Source: Camelus dromedarius
Lineage: Eukaryota
Length of the DNA stretch: 64,000 bases
Assembly: GCF_036321535.1 (NCBI RefSeq)
Contig: NC_087436.1
Span: 25,236,001-25,300,000, forward strand
Direction: 5' to 3'
The notes beneath the pieces are model-generated. The model had not been told where the DNA came from and made no database searches. It worked only from the letters and a program-made list of their open reading frames with translations. Position numbers and translations under genes: made by a program. This document shows positions 12,776-25,874 of this stretch, in pieces. How positions within the stretch are numbered: position 1 is the stretch's first letter; each line of letters begins with the position of its first letter.

Positions 12776-13329
12776 AGCGATATACATTCTATTAAGTTGA
12801 AGGCTTTGGTTTTAGTGATTGGGTTTTTCTATCACTGATTCTGTGAATTTGTTGAAGTATCCCACTTAACAGCAATTTCCTGAAAGTGGTGGCAGATTCA
12901 TCAAACACTGTAGATATTCTTCTTCCTCGTGGCCTACCCATCTGTCCTGTACTCTGAAGCATTTGGCTACTTAGTCTTTTTTCCTGCCTCTTAACTAAAG
13001 TCTCATCTCTTGTCTAACTCTAATTCAGCCTGCAAGAGTTTTCCCAGCGCGTTCTTTCTAAAACACAAATATGGTAAATATCCTCAATGGTTTCACATTT
13101 ATGTCTTTCTGGGTGGGTAAAGTCCACACTTCGGTATAACATGCAGGGCTTTCCATAATCTGCCACGTTACTTTCTCCAGCTACGAATGACCACTTCCAT
13201 ATTTGCTGCCACAATAGTAAATGTCTTCTTAGTGGTTGAGGAAAGTTGCCGTTGTTTCACCTGACACACTGCAGAATCCTACAGGAACGATATTCCTCTG
13301 CTCCCCGTTTCTGTCTCTCATGCCCAGCA

Positions 13330-13600
13330 TCGCACAATTCTACCCAATGTTCAGGATTGGGTTCAAAAGTCATCTCTTCCAGAAACTTTCCCCCAGCTGG
13401 CTCAGGACCTGACTCCTGACCATCTTTATCATCCGGGGCACACCTCTTTGTGGAACTCGTTGTACACCATTGTAACTGATTTGCTTGGTAACTTTCTTTT
13501 CCTGGATTTGCAGTTAATTTTTTACTGTCTTTTACTGACTAAAGCATAATAGGTACTCAGTTAATGTTTAGATTCATAAATTCAATAAATAAACAAATAA
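13330..13600 (+). mobile_element. L2 3' end remnant
   Basis: aataggtactcagttaatgtttag...aataaataaac resembles the L2 terminal motif. Confidence 0.5.
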
Positions 13601-15029
13601 CTTTCATCATTAGGTTTCATGATAAGCGTTTTTTTAGAAGCAGTTTGTATCACCTCTAAATGTAAGCAATCCATTAGATTCTGCGGAATTCTGTGAAATG
13701 TCCTACCTCCAGATTGTGAGAAAGCTGGGGAGTTTCAGTCTCTGTCCGCTCTTGTTCCTTCTCTCTTTCTCCCCAACCTCCACCCCACCCTGCTCCGCAC
13801 TCCATGTTGGTAGGTGGGTCTTGAATAGAGGAAATGAGCAAATGACCTACCATGATCTCTTCCCATGAAAAGACATTTACGTTCCTATATTCTTCATAAG
13901 CTATCTTTTTCAGAATACTAATTTGAAAACAAATCTAATGGTCTGAACTGGAGAGCAGAAGAAAATCTGTATTTTTGATGACCAAATTTCTCTTTGAAGT
14001 AGACATGGGAGATTAAATAGCACTTATTCCGGATGACATATTTTGGGAAAAGAGTGAAAAAGGAAACTAATAACTTTTGCACCTGTTAAATTTAAGCAAA
14101 TTTGAAAAGAAATACAAACCATATGATATGTAGATATACTTACTTTTAAATGAATGAATATGACTGGAAATATATTTAAGGAAAATGTGTAGGAAAAATT
14201 AGATAATATATAATGGCTAATAATTTTTAAACACTAACATTAGGTTCTTAAACATGCTGATTTAGGTTCACAAAAGACTTTTGCAACTGAACTACATCTA
14301 GTAATTTTCTACTTTAATTTTTAAGCTATATCTAATTTATAAAAAATTGAGATGATGGATCCTGGGATAGGTGGGCAGGTCATGGATAACTATACTGTTG
14401 TTTTTGCCCCCACATGCCCTACAAATTGTATTTGCAGACTCTAGAAATCTGACTTTGAAGGTCAGGTCTTCATAGCCACTTTTTGTTTTTATAGTCTTAA
14501 GCTTAAAAACACCTGGTCACCAGCAGGCATTAACTAAAAACTATGATCTTAAAATTTTTGATGTTTGAGAGAATTCAGAAATAAAATATAATTAGGTTTC
14601 AATACCCTTTAAAATTTTAGCTTTGAAGATTTATTAATCTCCAAAAGACATGAAACAAGATTTCAAAGGTGTTAATTCAGGTTAAATTATTACAAAAATT
14701 GAAATACCCTCCAGCTGTAATGAAATAAGTTAGTAAGTATAAATGAGTATAACCCTAAGAAATGTGTGAGCAAGCCGGTTACTTTCCTCTCATTCTAGTT
14801 TTTCTTAAAAATAAGAGAAACTAATCTTACTTTTGTCAAAGTAATTAACATTATAATTATAGAACAACATGTCATTATTATCGTTCTGTATTCTATTTCC
14901 TAAAGTCTAAACACAATGTACAAATTTATTTCATGTTCTGAATTCTGCCTTAAACTTCTGTTTTCTTCTTACTCCCCCATTGCTGTGTTCCTTTCAGAAT
15001 TTGTTACTCAATGTGTTAAAATCAAAATT

Positions 15030-15530
15030 TAATTATTGATTAAACAGAAATTCACTAGGCACCTTCCCTATGCCAAGCAGTATGATGGGTGCTGGGGAGA
15101 CCGTGCTAGCAGTTGGTACTGCCTCTGCTTCGTGAAGTTGAGGGCACAGTGTATTTTTTCATAATCATTCAAATGGATTGTTAAGAATTAGGGTAAGTCT
15201 TGGGTGCTAGAAGGCAGCATACCCAGATATGGTCTGGTCTAGGAGGTTGGGGAAGGCTTTCCTAAGGATGTAGTATGACTGATATGGAAGGCTGGGTGCT
15301 CACGAACCAGGTAACGTGGAGGGAGGATGGAGAGCGTTACAGGCAAGGTGGACTGTGTGATAGAGGCCCTGAGCCAGTAAGAAGCAAGGTTTGTTTAAGA
15401 ATATAAATTCAAGACCAGAGCAACTAGAACACAGGACAAAGTACATAATGCACCTCCGGAGAAGAGCAGTTGTAGAGAGCTTACTGGGCGATGTTCAAGA
15501 CTTCGGTCTTTACCCTGTGTAAGGGAGATG
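15030..15530 (-). mobile_element. L2 remnant
   Basis: ctatgccaagcagtatgatgggtgctgggga...gggaaggctttcctaagg...gaggccctgag follows the typical antisense L2 layout. Confidence 0.6.
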
Positions 15531-16323
15531 GCACAGACCAGTGACAGCCACACAGAATGTGAACGCTGAACCTTATCACCATTTCAAATCTTACCCTCCC
15601 CTAAAACTTCTAAATAGAATTCTTTCAATAGTAAAAAAAAAGAATTTATTTTGTTACATTCCTATTATTCTTCTATTTTGCCTAATTAGTTCACACTGCC
15701 AGAAGTATTTGTAAACTGCAGTAGGCCCTGCACATATTATTGAAAGAGAAAATAATTACCAGAATATGTAATCAACAAAGGAGGGAAATCTTTTTTCCAG
15801 GAACTTTATTCTTGTCTATCCTTAGCATGTTTACCCCTCTCTTCCAACTTAGATTACATCTGATCTACGGTATTGAACACCCACCAACTATCATCTCTAG
15901 GATGGTTTGTAATTTTTTTTTTTGAGAGATATTCCTCTGGTGCTATAATTTTTAAAGTTAATCTTAACTTTGAAAATTTATTTTTTGTCCAAATGAAAAC
16001 ATTACACAAAATCTACCTTACATGACCTATTGCTAATAGAGTTATTGTCTTACAAGTAAAGGTATCATACATTTGACTCTAATGGTTTAATATAAAAAAT
16101 GTCAATGCTATAAATATTTGAATTTATTTTTGGCTCTATACAAATACAAAGAGTAAATTTTTCTTTTTTTTCCCACTCTTCATCATTCACAATGGATGAA
16201 AAGTGGCTCTTCTAGGAAGAGAAAAAGAATTTTGTTTAAGGAATTAGGGGAATAAAGTAAGAAAAATTATTTAAGATTATTTAAAGAACACTCCCATGGA
16301 AAGCATGGAATTCTCTGATACAG

Positions 16324-18420
16324 TTTTCCCCCAGCTTTATTGAGATATAACTGACAAATAATATTGTGTGAGTTTAGTACAATGTGATGACTCGATAAAT
16401 GAACGTATTGTGAAATGATTACCACATTAAGGCTAGTTAGCTCATCCGTCACCACACACAGTTACATTTTTTCTATGGAGACAACATTTAAAACCTATTA
16501 ACAAATTTCAAGTGTATACACAACACAGTACTGTTAACTAAGTCACCATGCTGTGTATTACATCCACGGAATGTATTCATTTTATAACAGAAAACTTCTA
16601 CCCTTTGACCATCTCCTCATTCCCCTCACCCTTCAGCCCCTGGTAGCCACCAATCCACTTTCTATGAATTTGACTTTTTAGTTCCTACATACAAGCGAGA
16701 TCAGAGAATATTTGTGTAATCATTTTTTGGTGGAATATCTATAGTTCACTAAATAAATGATCATGTCATCTGCAACAGAAGACAATTTTACTTCTTCCTT
16801 TCTGTTCTGGGTTCCTTTTATTTCTGTTTCTTATCTAACTGCTCTGACTAGGACTTCTGTTACTATGTTGAGTAGGAGTGGTGAGAGTAGCCCTCTTGTC
16901 TTGTTCTTCGTCTTAGAGGAAAAACATACAAACTTCCAGTTAGGGATGATGTTAGCTGTGGGTTTGCTGTCTATGACCTTCATCATGTTGAGGGATATTC
17001 CTTCTATGCTCAGCTTGTTGAGAGTTTTTATCCCGAAAGGATGTTCTGTTTTGGCAAATGCTTTTTCTGCGTCTATTGAAAAGATCATGATTTTTATCTT
17101 TCATTCTATTAATGTGATGAATCACATGTATTGATTTGTATATATCTTACCATCTTTACATTCCAGAAATAAATCCCATTTGGTGATTTTGTGCAGTCCT
17201 TCTAATGTTGATTTTGGTTTGCTAGAGTTTTTTTGGTTTTGTTTTTTGGAATTTTTGTATCTGTATTCATCAGGCTGTGCTTCCCAGCTGGAGGGGGCCC
17301 CTGGCGGGACTCTGTATTTAGGCTGGGCTGTAGCCTGTGATCAAGCTGGTTGGCTCTATTCTAAGGCGAGGTCTCTGGCTGGGACCCCTGGTTGAGCAGG
17401 GCCACCAGCTGTACCTTGCAGTTGGGTGGGGCTGGAGGCTGTGATCCGTGGTCGCTAAGTGTTGCTGTCCAAGCTTCCTGGTTAGGTGGGGCCACGGGTA
17501 TGTTCCATGATTGGGCAAGGTTGCTGGCTGGGCTCTCTGCCTGGAAGAGGCTGCTTGCTGTGCTCAGCAGTTAGGCATTATTGTAGGCTCGGCTTGAGGC
17601 TGCCTAGGCTCATGGTTTGGGCTCCCTTGCAGACGGGGCTCAAAGTTATGTTCTGCAGTTGGGCTGGGCTGCCAGCTTGGCTCTTGGCCTCAGCTGGGCA
17701 ACCAGCGTGAGCTTCACAAGTGCCCAGAGTCTCTGGCTGGTTTTGCTAGTCAGGCGGGGCTAGAGGCCAGGCCTAGCAGTTGAGTGGAGCTGCTGACTTG
17801 CTTCACTGTCCTGGCAGTTTTGGAGAATGGATTCTGCCATTGCGGCAGCCTGCTGGCTGTACACCCAAACCAGGCAGGACTTCCTACTAAGCTCTCTGGC
17901 CAGACAGGGCCACCATCTTGGGTCTGCCGATGGGCAGAGCCGCTGGCTGAGATCTGAGGTCAGACGCACTGCCAGCAGAAATGTTGTCTGCCAGGATCTA
18001 TGCACTGGTAATTGCGAGCTCTGTTCCTCTTCTCCATCTCTAGCTGATTCCCCCAGTTATCCCTGTGAGGCCATACCTACATGGATTTCCTGGGAAGCCT
18101 TCTGGAATGCTGAGGAAGCTGGGTGTCCACCTGGATCTCTCCACTGGAGAAACTATAGGCCAGGGAGGACCTGCTAGGTTGGTGGTATACTGGCCTGGGG
18201 AAGGGGAGACATGGTCAAAGGAAAACCATCCTTCCTACCCTTCTAATGTGTGTGGTTGTTTTTTTTTTTTTTTTTTTTGGCTCAAAGGGATGCTTCAGCC
18301 TCACCCCCATGTTCTGGTTTCTTGGTATCTTCACAAAAGCATCTTACCTGGGGTTAATTGCTAGTTGCTCTTTCTGTGAGGGGAACTGAAGTCAGGAACT
18401 ATCCATTTTGCCATTTCGCT
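16324..18420 (-). mobile_element. Old LINE-1 with 3' UTR, an RT fragment and 5' UTR, heavily internally deleted
   Basis: 3' end at ~16324-16715 (ctttattgagatataactgac..). ORF 16831-17088(-) is L1 RT (IFSIDAEKAFAK..PTANII..LSPLLLNIVTEVL). GC-rich 5' UTR-like block 17273-18420. Confidence 0.85.
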
Positions 18421-18959
18421 CTGATACAGTTTTTGATACCCAAGTTCCCCTATCCTGAAGTTCCATTAACTAGATGTTTCTCTTATGCACTTATAGTGAT
18501 ATATTGATTTCCTTAAAAGAATAATTTGATATCATCCAGTTGTGCCTAATGATATGAAAAGGTTAATGTAGAAAGTCTATGATTATTAGTAAAACACTTT
18601 CTCAAATTAAAGCTCTCAGATTTCAGCGAGAGAGTATTGAATCAGAGGACTGAAAGGGCAGAAGAAATTGAACAATGGTTCAATTTTGTAATAGATGTTA
18701 TTTATCATTTTTATTAAACTTTGTATTAGCCATGTGCTTTGCATTGACTAGGATACTCCTCACCATTGTCTATGAATAAAACAGATGACAAGTCTTACTT
18801 CCATTTTTGGATTAACAAAAATAGTTAAAATGGCTCGCCTCAGGCAACAGAGAAAGTCAGGTCAGGGTAGAAATTCTGATTATCAAATCCCTCTGAAATT
18901 TCAGACTGTTGAATCAAAGCATCTCTCAGGTAAATACAGTTACTTGATTTATAAGTTAA

Positions 18960-19900
18960 TCAGTCATTAAATGTTTATTTTGTATCAGCTATATGATTAA
19001 CAATGAGCTTTATGGTATGGGAAATGTACCATGATTCTTCAGCCCAAAGAACTCACAGTAATTCAGCTTGGATAAAGAAGAATTTGTAATAAACCACAGG
19101 AACACACAATTGAATACAATGTGTGATTAACTGTGAAAATGTGTGTTGGGCTTTGCATTTGACCTTAAACATTTGGAGGAGATGGTCAAGAGAGTCGAAG
19201 CTGATTTTGGATGATGATGATGTGTGTGTGGTTTACAATTTGATGAAAGGCAGGAACTAAAAGCACACTATGCTTTTAGTTAATAAAAGAGTTAAGTCTG
19301 AGTAGAGTCAAGGGTAGTAAATACAGAGAGGTTCATTGTATCACGTCCACTTACAGTGGTGCCTTTGAATCAGGAAAATGAGTTTGATCTGAAGATGGAA
19401 GCTGCTGAGGGCATTTCTGAAGGGAGTCATACAGTCAGAGTGGCAACGGAACAGGGTTGTCAGCTCTGCTAGAGTTTATGAGGAAAACTCTGGGATCAGC
19501 AAAATCTAGCTGACAAGCTTTTGCAGTAAACAGCTGTGAAGAAGTCTAGACTGGGATTGGAGCTAAAAGGGCAGATGAATGAGAAATTTTGGAGGAGAAA
19601 CCAGACTTTGTGCCTGACTTACTATAGAGGATTCAGAGGAGGAGTCATAGGTGACCTCATGCTGTCAAGCCTGAATGCATGGACTTAACACGCATGCTTG
19701 GTGGTAAACGCCTGGTTTCCTGGTACGAAGCGGTTGGAGCACATTTCCATTTGGGATGCGCTCAATTTGACGTACTGAAAATTCCATCTGGAGACATTCC
19801 CTGATCCTTAGATTAGAGGGCAAGAGCTCAGGTGAGAGGAAAGGGTTTGAGATACGCAGCATCAACTTTCTTGGGGAGGCTTGTAAATAACACCTCTCTT
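18960..19900 (-). mobile_element. L2 remnant
   Basis: cagtcattaaatgtttatt start and purine-rich antisense L2-like body. Confidence 0.55.
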
Positions 19901-20934
19901 CCCCACTTGAATTATAAATCAATTAAGGCATAAGTCAAAATTATAAGACAGATAGGAGAACAAAATATCGCCATTATTGCTGATGCAGCTAAGGGAGAAG
20001 AATGTGATTCATAGCCATGGGCAGGTGGGTTTTGTAACATTGAACCCTAGGGTTAGGGAGATTTACTCCTCTCACCGCAGGCAGTCTTGTACCATTTGAG
20101 GCCTCTTCCCGTGGGTCTCTGACTCTATAAAATTTAAGATGTGGAGCGGCATAGCAGAATTAATGCCCTCTGAGGTCAGGATGGCTCCCAAGAGAGAAAA
20201 CACAAACACTCAGCTTTTTTTTTTTTTTTTTCTTTCCAAACTCACCAGTAAGAGTAAGACACTACTCATCTAGAATGAGGCTAAGAGTGTTTCCCTAGCA
20301 CAGTGCCTTCTGCATGGAAGTAAACATCAGCTATGGGAAGGAACCCTCTCCTCTTTCCCCAGCCCTTCACACTTAAGAGTATGCTGCATAGAAATGCACC
20401 TTCATGGGTTCAGAAAACATCTCTTTTGCATTTTGTATACACAGTTTGACTTAAGCATGGTACCTGGAAAATGTCAACTACTCAACATACTCTTTGATTA
20501 AATGGGTGGATAAGATTGGCAGTTGAAGATGATGTGACTTAATGGCTTTCCATTGGAGGGGATGTGAAAAGAGAAGAGTGTCCCCCAGGGAGCGAGCTTG
20601 ATGAGCTGGGTGGGAAATGGAACAAGGCAGGGGGACTGAGCAGGGAAAGAACAGGGGCACCTGCCAGGACTCGGGATTGAAGCTGGATGTCTGTTTTGAA
20701 TGATGACAGTATACTGTAGTTTCAGAATACTTCCACTGATGTCATGCTCGAGTTCTCATATTTTGGTCAAGTCGACAGCCATTCTGGGCTTTCTGGTTTC
20801 AGGTCTGTGGTAAATGAAAGGATGTCAAACAGTGATTCCTCTTCTATCTCCTGATCCTGGAAGCCATCAAAGACACAATCCTCACCTTTAATAAGCATGT
20901 TTCAGCCTTACCAAGGTTGTTGTGGTATATTATA

Positions 20935-21200
20935 TAATATTGTTTAGGACACTTTTAGATGCAAGTAACAGAAACCAGTTCAAGTAACGGAAGCAAAAGA
21001 GGGACTATGATATGGATAGAGCCATGGCTCAAAGGCCCATTTGTCAGGAATGCAGCCTGGCCTCAGAAAGGGCCCCAGGTCTGGCACTGGAAGCTACAGG
21101 AAGCTAGGCAACGCTCTCTCCATTTCTCATCTCTGTCTCTGTGTGACCCTGTCATTCATCTCTTCTTCCCTATACTGGCCGCCTCTCTACAATGCCTGAG
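20935..21200 (-). mobile_element. MaLR (MLT1-type) LTR fragment
   Basis: tttaggacacttttagatgcaagtaacagaaaccagttcaagtaacggaagcaaaagaggg resembles the antisense MLT1 LTR end. Confidence 0.5.
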
Positions 21201-21248
21201 TTTGTGCATCTCTTCCGATCAAGAGGAAAACTCAGACAAAAACGCAAA

Positions 21249-21784
21249 TTTTTATTTAAAGGCATCTAAAATGTGCCAGACACATACCACATGACTTTGG
21301 ACAAACTGCTTAATTCCAACTTGCCTCATAAAGTTGTCATGAAGATTCAATGAGTTAGTAAATAGTTTGTGCTATTTACTAACCAACCACGAGCAGAATC
21401 CAAGCGTGGCGTTCAGGTTCCTGCACAAATGAATGCGTGAAGGGTTTTGAGGAGGCAGAATTCCTGGAGCTAGTACTAACTACAAAAGGTTTTCTCCAGA
21501 AACACACACACACACACCCCTCACATACGCAGACACCCATTCACATAAATCATGACTAAATCAAGAAATTGGAACGAGGAGGAAGAGTGAAATGCAGCCA
21601 GCAATTAGATAAAAATAACTAATGTTTAACGAAGACATACTACATGCCTTTAGCCCTGTTCTAAGCACTATTTACTAACTCATTGAATCTTCATGACAAC
21701 TTTATGAGGCAAGTTGGAATCAAGCAGTTTGTCCGAAGTCACGTGGTAAGTGTCTGGCACATTTTAGATGTCTTTAAATAAAAG
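21249..21784. repeat. Long inverted repeat: 118-bp arms (21249-21366 and 21667-21784), 300-bp spacer
   Basis: Manual ungapped alignment of left arm against reverse complement of right arm: 113/118 identical; inner 54 bp identical. Confidence 0.95.
21610..21760 (-). mobile_element. MIR SINE remnant (contains the right arm of the inverted repeat)
   Basis: ctgttctaagcactatttac..ctcattgaatcttcatgacaactttatgagg..tttgtccgaagtcac follows the antisense MIR core. Confidence 0.7.
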
Positions 21785-22199
21785 CATTTAAAAATTATTC
21801 CTATTCTCCAACCACCAAATGTTTTATTTTCAGTCTATTCATAAGTACTGAATCTTCTTTGTTTACTAGGCAAAAGCAGAGGAAACCTCCGTCGGTAGGA
21901 GAACTGATGGGAAGGATTGATGATGAGTTTTGCTGGTCCTTTGGGATTCCCGTAGGTCACAGGGCAGACTGGATGGTGCACACGTGGACAGTGCCTTATC
22001 CAGCTGTGCGGAAATGTTAAGAGTAGAGGTATAATTTGCCAGGTTCTCACCACTGGAAAATCCTGCGAATAGGAAGGCAATTCAAGTCAAATTACAGGCC
22101 TCACTTCTACAACCCTGCCCTGAGGCCATAGCTTGTAAAAATGATTTTACTTCTAATTAACAATTCCACATTCCTCTGGGTTTCTTGGTTTCAAAATTT

Positions 22200-23600
22200 T
22201 TTTTTTTTAAATAGAGGCAAAGTGGGGGTGAGCAGTGGACATAACAACAGGGAGATTTGGATGAATTACCAATTTTAGTTGGAAATGCTAACACTTCCTC
22301 AGAAATTGGTTAGGTCAAACACACAAGACAGGAACATACAGAATGTTAGAAAATCACAATTCTATATATCTAATTAATTATACATAAAATTGTATATATG
22401 TATATATACGTATATGTATTTAATACCCAATAAGTAAATATTACTTTTGAGCACCCATGGACCAGCCACAAAAATTGAGTTCTTATTGGGACTCAATGAA
22501 AGCCAATCAAATCTCAAGGAATCAATATCTTGGAGACTATGACAATAATAGAGTAAAATTAAAAATTAACCATTAAAGGAGTGCTTTAAGAGGTGTGTAT
22601 GTCTGTAATCTTAAAAAGAGACTGCTAACAAAACTACGATGAGGTATCACCTCACACCAGTCAGAACGGCCATCATTCAAAAGTCCACAAATGACAAATG
22701 CTGGAAAAGCTGTGGAGAAAAGGGAACCCTCCTACACTGCCTGTGGGAATGCAGTTTGGTGCAGCTACTGTGGAAAACAGTGTGGAGATTCCTCAAAAGA
22801 CTAGGAATAAACTTACCATATGACCCAGTAATCCCACTCCTGGGCATATATCCAGAAGGAACCCTACTTCAAAAAGACACCTGCACCCCAATGTTCATAG
22901 CAGCACTATTTACAATAGCCAAAGCATGGAAGCAGCCTAAATGTCCATTAACAGATGACTCGATAAAGAAGAAGTGGTATATTTATACAATGGAATACTA
23001 TTCAGCTATAAAAATGACAACATAACGCCATTTGCAGCAACATGGATGTTCCTGGAGAATGCCATTCTAAGTGAAGTAAGCCAGAAAGAGAAAGAAAAAT
23101 ACCGTATGAGATCGCTCATATGTGGAATCTAAAAAAAAATAAAGAACATAAGTACAGAACAGAAAACAGACTCATAGACATAGAATACAAACATGGTTGC
23201 CAAGGGGGCAGGGGCTGGGGAGAGACAGACTGGGATTTCAAAATTTGTAGATACTGACAGACATATGTAGAATAGATAAATAAGATTATACTGTATAGCA
23301 CAGGTAAATATATACAAGATCTTGTGGTAGCTCACAGTGAAAAAAAAGTGACCATGAATATATGTATGTTCATGTATAACTGAAAAATTGTGCTCTACAT
23401 TGGAATTTGACACAACATTGTAAAATGACTATAACTCAATAAAAAATGTTTTAAAAATAAAAAGAGACTGCTAAGAAACTCTTAGGTAAAAAAAAAAAAA
23501 TTACAGAATACTTAGAACTACATGATAATGAAGAAAGCCACAAGCCAGCATTTTTAGGTGACAGCTAAAGCATTCTAAGCGGGAAATTTCGAAGGCAAGG
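22200..23600 (+). mobile_element. Very old L1 ORF2 remnant (endonuclease/linker), interrupted by a younger L1
   Basis: Decayed ORF2-like DNA on both sides of the young insertion, e.g. 23500-23590 aatacttagaactacatgataatgaag..gacagctaaagcattctaagcgggaaatt. Confidence 0.55.
22629..23458 (+). mobile_element. Young 5'-truncated LINE-1 (ORF2 C-terminus + 3' UTR) with 16-bp TSD
   Basis: ORF 22639-23025 is the L1 ORF2 cysteine-rich end ([41 protein letters not shown]). TSD AAAAAGAGACTGCTAA at 22613-22628 and 23459-23474. TT/AAAA endonuclease site at 22611-22616. Confidence 0.95.
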
Positions 23601-25089
23601 CGAACGGTGATGTGGATATAGGGGGAAGTTAACAACAATAACAACACAACGACAGTGACGAAACCAGGAGAGGGACTGCACAGGCTGATCAAGGTGAAGG
23701 ATCATGAACTGAGAAACTGCTTAGTGGTATTTTCAAAAGAAAATAGTTTTTAACAAATTAACTGTAATATTGCAATAATGATGTGTTCAATTCAAATCAG
23801 TTTTTAGAATAGAAGGGGGATTATTTAACAGGAAATCAAAGTGATGCTGAGGAGCTATAATAGAAGTGTGTGTACTAATGAAATAATTGTCAATACATGT
23901 TGTAAATTACCACACATTTTTTTAGCTATTTATGCATCTGAGGCCCCTAAAAGACAGAGGCCCATAAAAAAACAAAGAAGAATAAAGGATCGTTGGTTTG
24001 CCTTGTTAGCAAGAGACATCCATCTCACTCCTGGGCTACCACAGTCCTCTGCTTCATTATCCAGGGAATTCACAACAGTTTTCTAGATTTCAGAGAAAAA
24101 TGAAGCATAGAACAAACTTTCTCACTTCTCAGCTTGCCTGACAAAATTTTTGACCTAATAATCAAGTTTCCAGGTAGTATAATATTCAAATAAATATATC
24201 ACATGAATCATAAGATATTCTCCACAATTTTCCTTTAACTCTGTAGCAAATGAAGCAACAAAAAGAAGCCTTGAGATGGGCTTATTAACTTTTCAGCTAC
24301 ATAGTAAGATAAATGTGGCAATAGAAGATCATTCCAAAGATTTTGATTTGAGTTCCAATATGAATATAGATTCTAAATGACTGCTTTGTCCTATAAAATC
24401 TTTTCCTTCATTGACCAAATATGAGTCTTATCTGTATCATACCAATGCAAAGGTAATTTATACTTTTCAACTGCACATTTACCATTGCAACCCTGATTTC
24501 CTTTACACAATATTTCCTGTCTTAGATGAATTTTCCAGGTTATAAACAACAGAATGAATTGTGATGTTTTACAACATGCGTTAAAATTTCTTTCACTTGT
24601 GACATATGTTCCTATCACAGTTGCTCAATATTATTCCAATTTGCGGTGAAATTAGTCCCTTCCCTTTGTTTGAAACTGATCTTTTTATAGATGGACAATA
24701 TTTTAATTGTAGTTTAATTCGATAACTTAATTCATTCAACAAATGATAAGCAACTACTATATGCCAGGTTGAGTGTTGTGTACTCGAAGATAAAGCACTG
24801 TTTTCCTCAGGTAACCAATAAAAAAGAGACCCATAGACAGATATAAGACAGTATTATAAGGGCCCAACAGAAGCAGGCATGGGGTCTTCTGGGTGCATTT
24901 AATACTAAAACATAATCATACCTCAGGGGAATAGAAATGAGATATTGGAGGGATGAGTAATAAATGAGCATTGAAGTCTCACCAGGCTAAAGAAGTAAGA
25001 GAGGGTTGGGGTTGTGGAAAGCATTCCAGCTGGGGGGTGCAACGTGTACAACGCCAAGGAGGAAGAAATTGTGCAGAGTGCACAGGGAA

Positions 25090-25604
25090 TGTTAGTGAGT
25101 CCAAAGTTGTACTGCTCTTCACACGACAGGCCAATAAATCAAGAGATGAGTTGCTGGGGCGGGAATAGTGACCTTATTCAGAAAGCCAGCAGACTGAGAA
25201 GACGGTTGATTGATGTCCCAAAAAACCATCTTACCCAAGTCAGAATTCAGAATTCTTTTATACTAAAAGGGGAGGGGGTGTGCTGGTTGTTGCAAACATC
25301 TTGGTGCTCAAAATTTTTGTTTTTGCAACTGCCCATGTAGGTTTGGTCACAATGTTCCTATAAATCTCCAACAAGACAAATATTATTCTCTGTTCTGCAA
25401 CTGTTTATCCCTATGTGAATGGAAAAGTGTTACACCTTTAAAGATGAGAGCCTTGAAAATGGGCTGTCCTGTATTTCAGGCAATAGGCAACTTTATTCTA
25501 CAAAGGTACAGAGCCAGCATGACTCAGCACAGGCAACAGAGCACAAGGGTTATAGCTAAAGGAATAGATCCAATATGGAGTCAGGTTTGTTCTTCTCTGT
25601 TACA
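25090..25604 (-). mobile_element. Solo LTR, ERV1-like (515 bp)
   Basis: Sharp TG...CA termini (minus strand starts TGTAACAGAGAAGAACAAACCTGACTCC and ends CTCACTAACA); interrupts L2. Confidence 0.75.
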
Positions 25605-25874
25605 GGACCTCAAATGGTGTTTGAGGCAGGAATAAAGGCATAAAGCTGGAGAAGTAGCCAAAGGTCAAGCCATATGGGAATACATCAGACTTGGTGAGAA
25701 ATCTTTATATGACTCGTTGGAAGGTAAGCTTTCAGAAAACCCTGTGGTGAGTAGAGACTAAATTCTAGAGAACCATGTAAGAAGTGCTACAATAAAGAGG
25801 TTGTGACAGTGTTCTAGGCAAGACATGACAAGAACCAAGCCAGGGTGGTGGACATAGAGACTGATACAAGGGGT

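Noticed and set aside
17180..18364. Cluster of overlapping ORFs
   Set aside because: Lies in the second L1's 5' UTR-like block.
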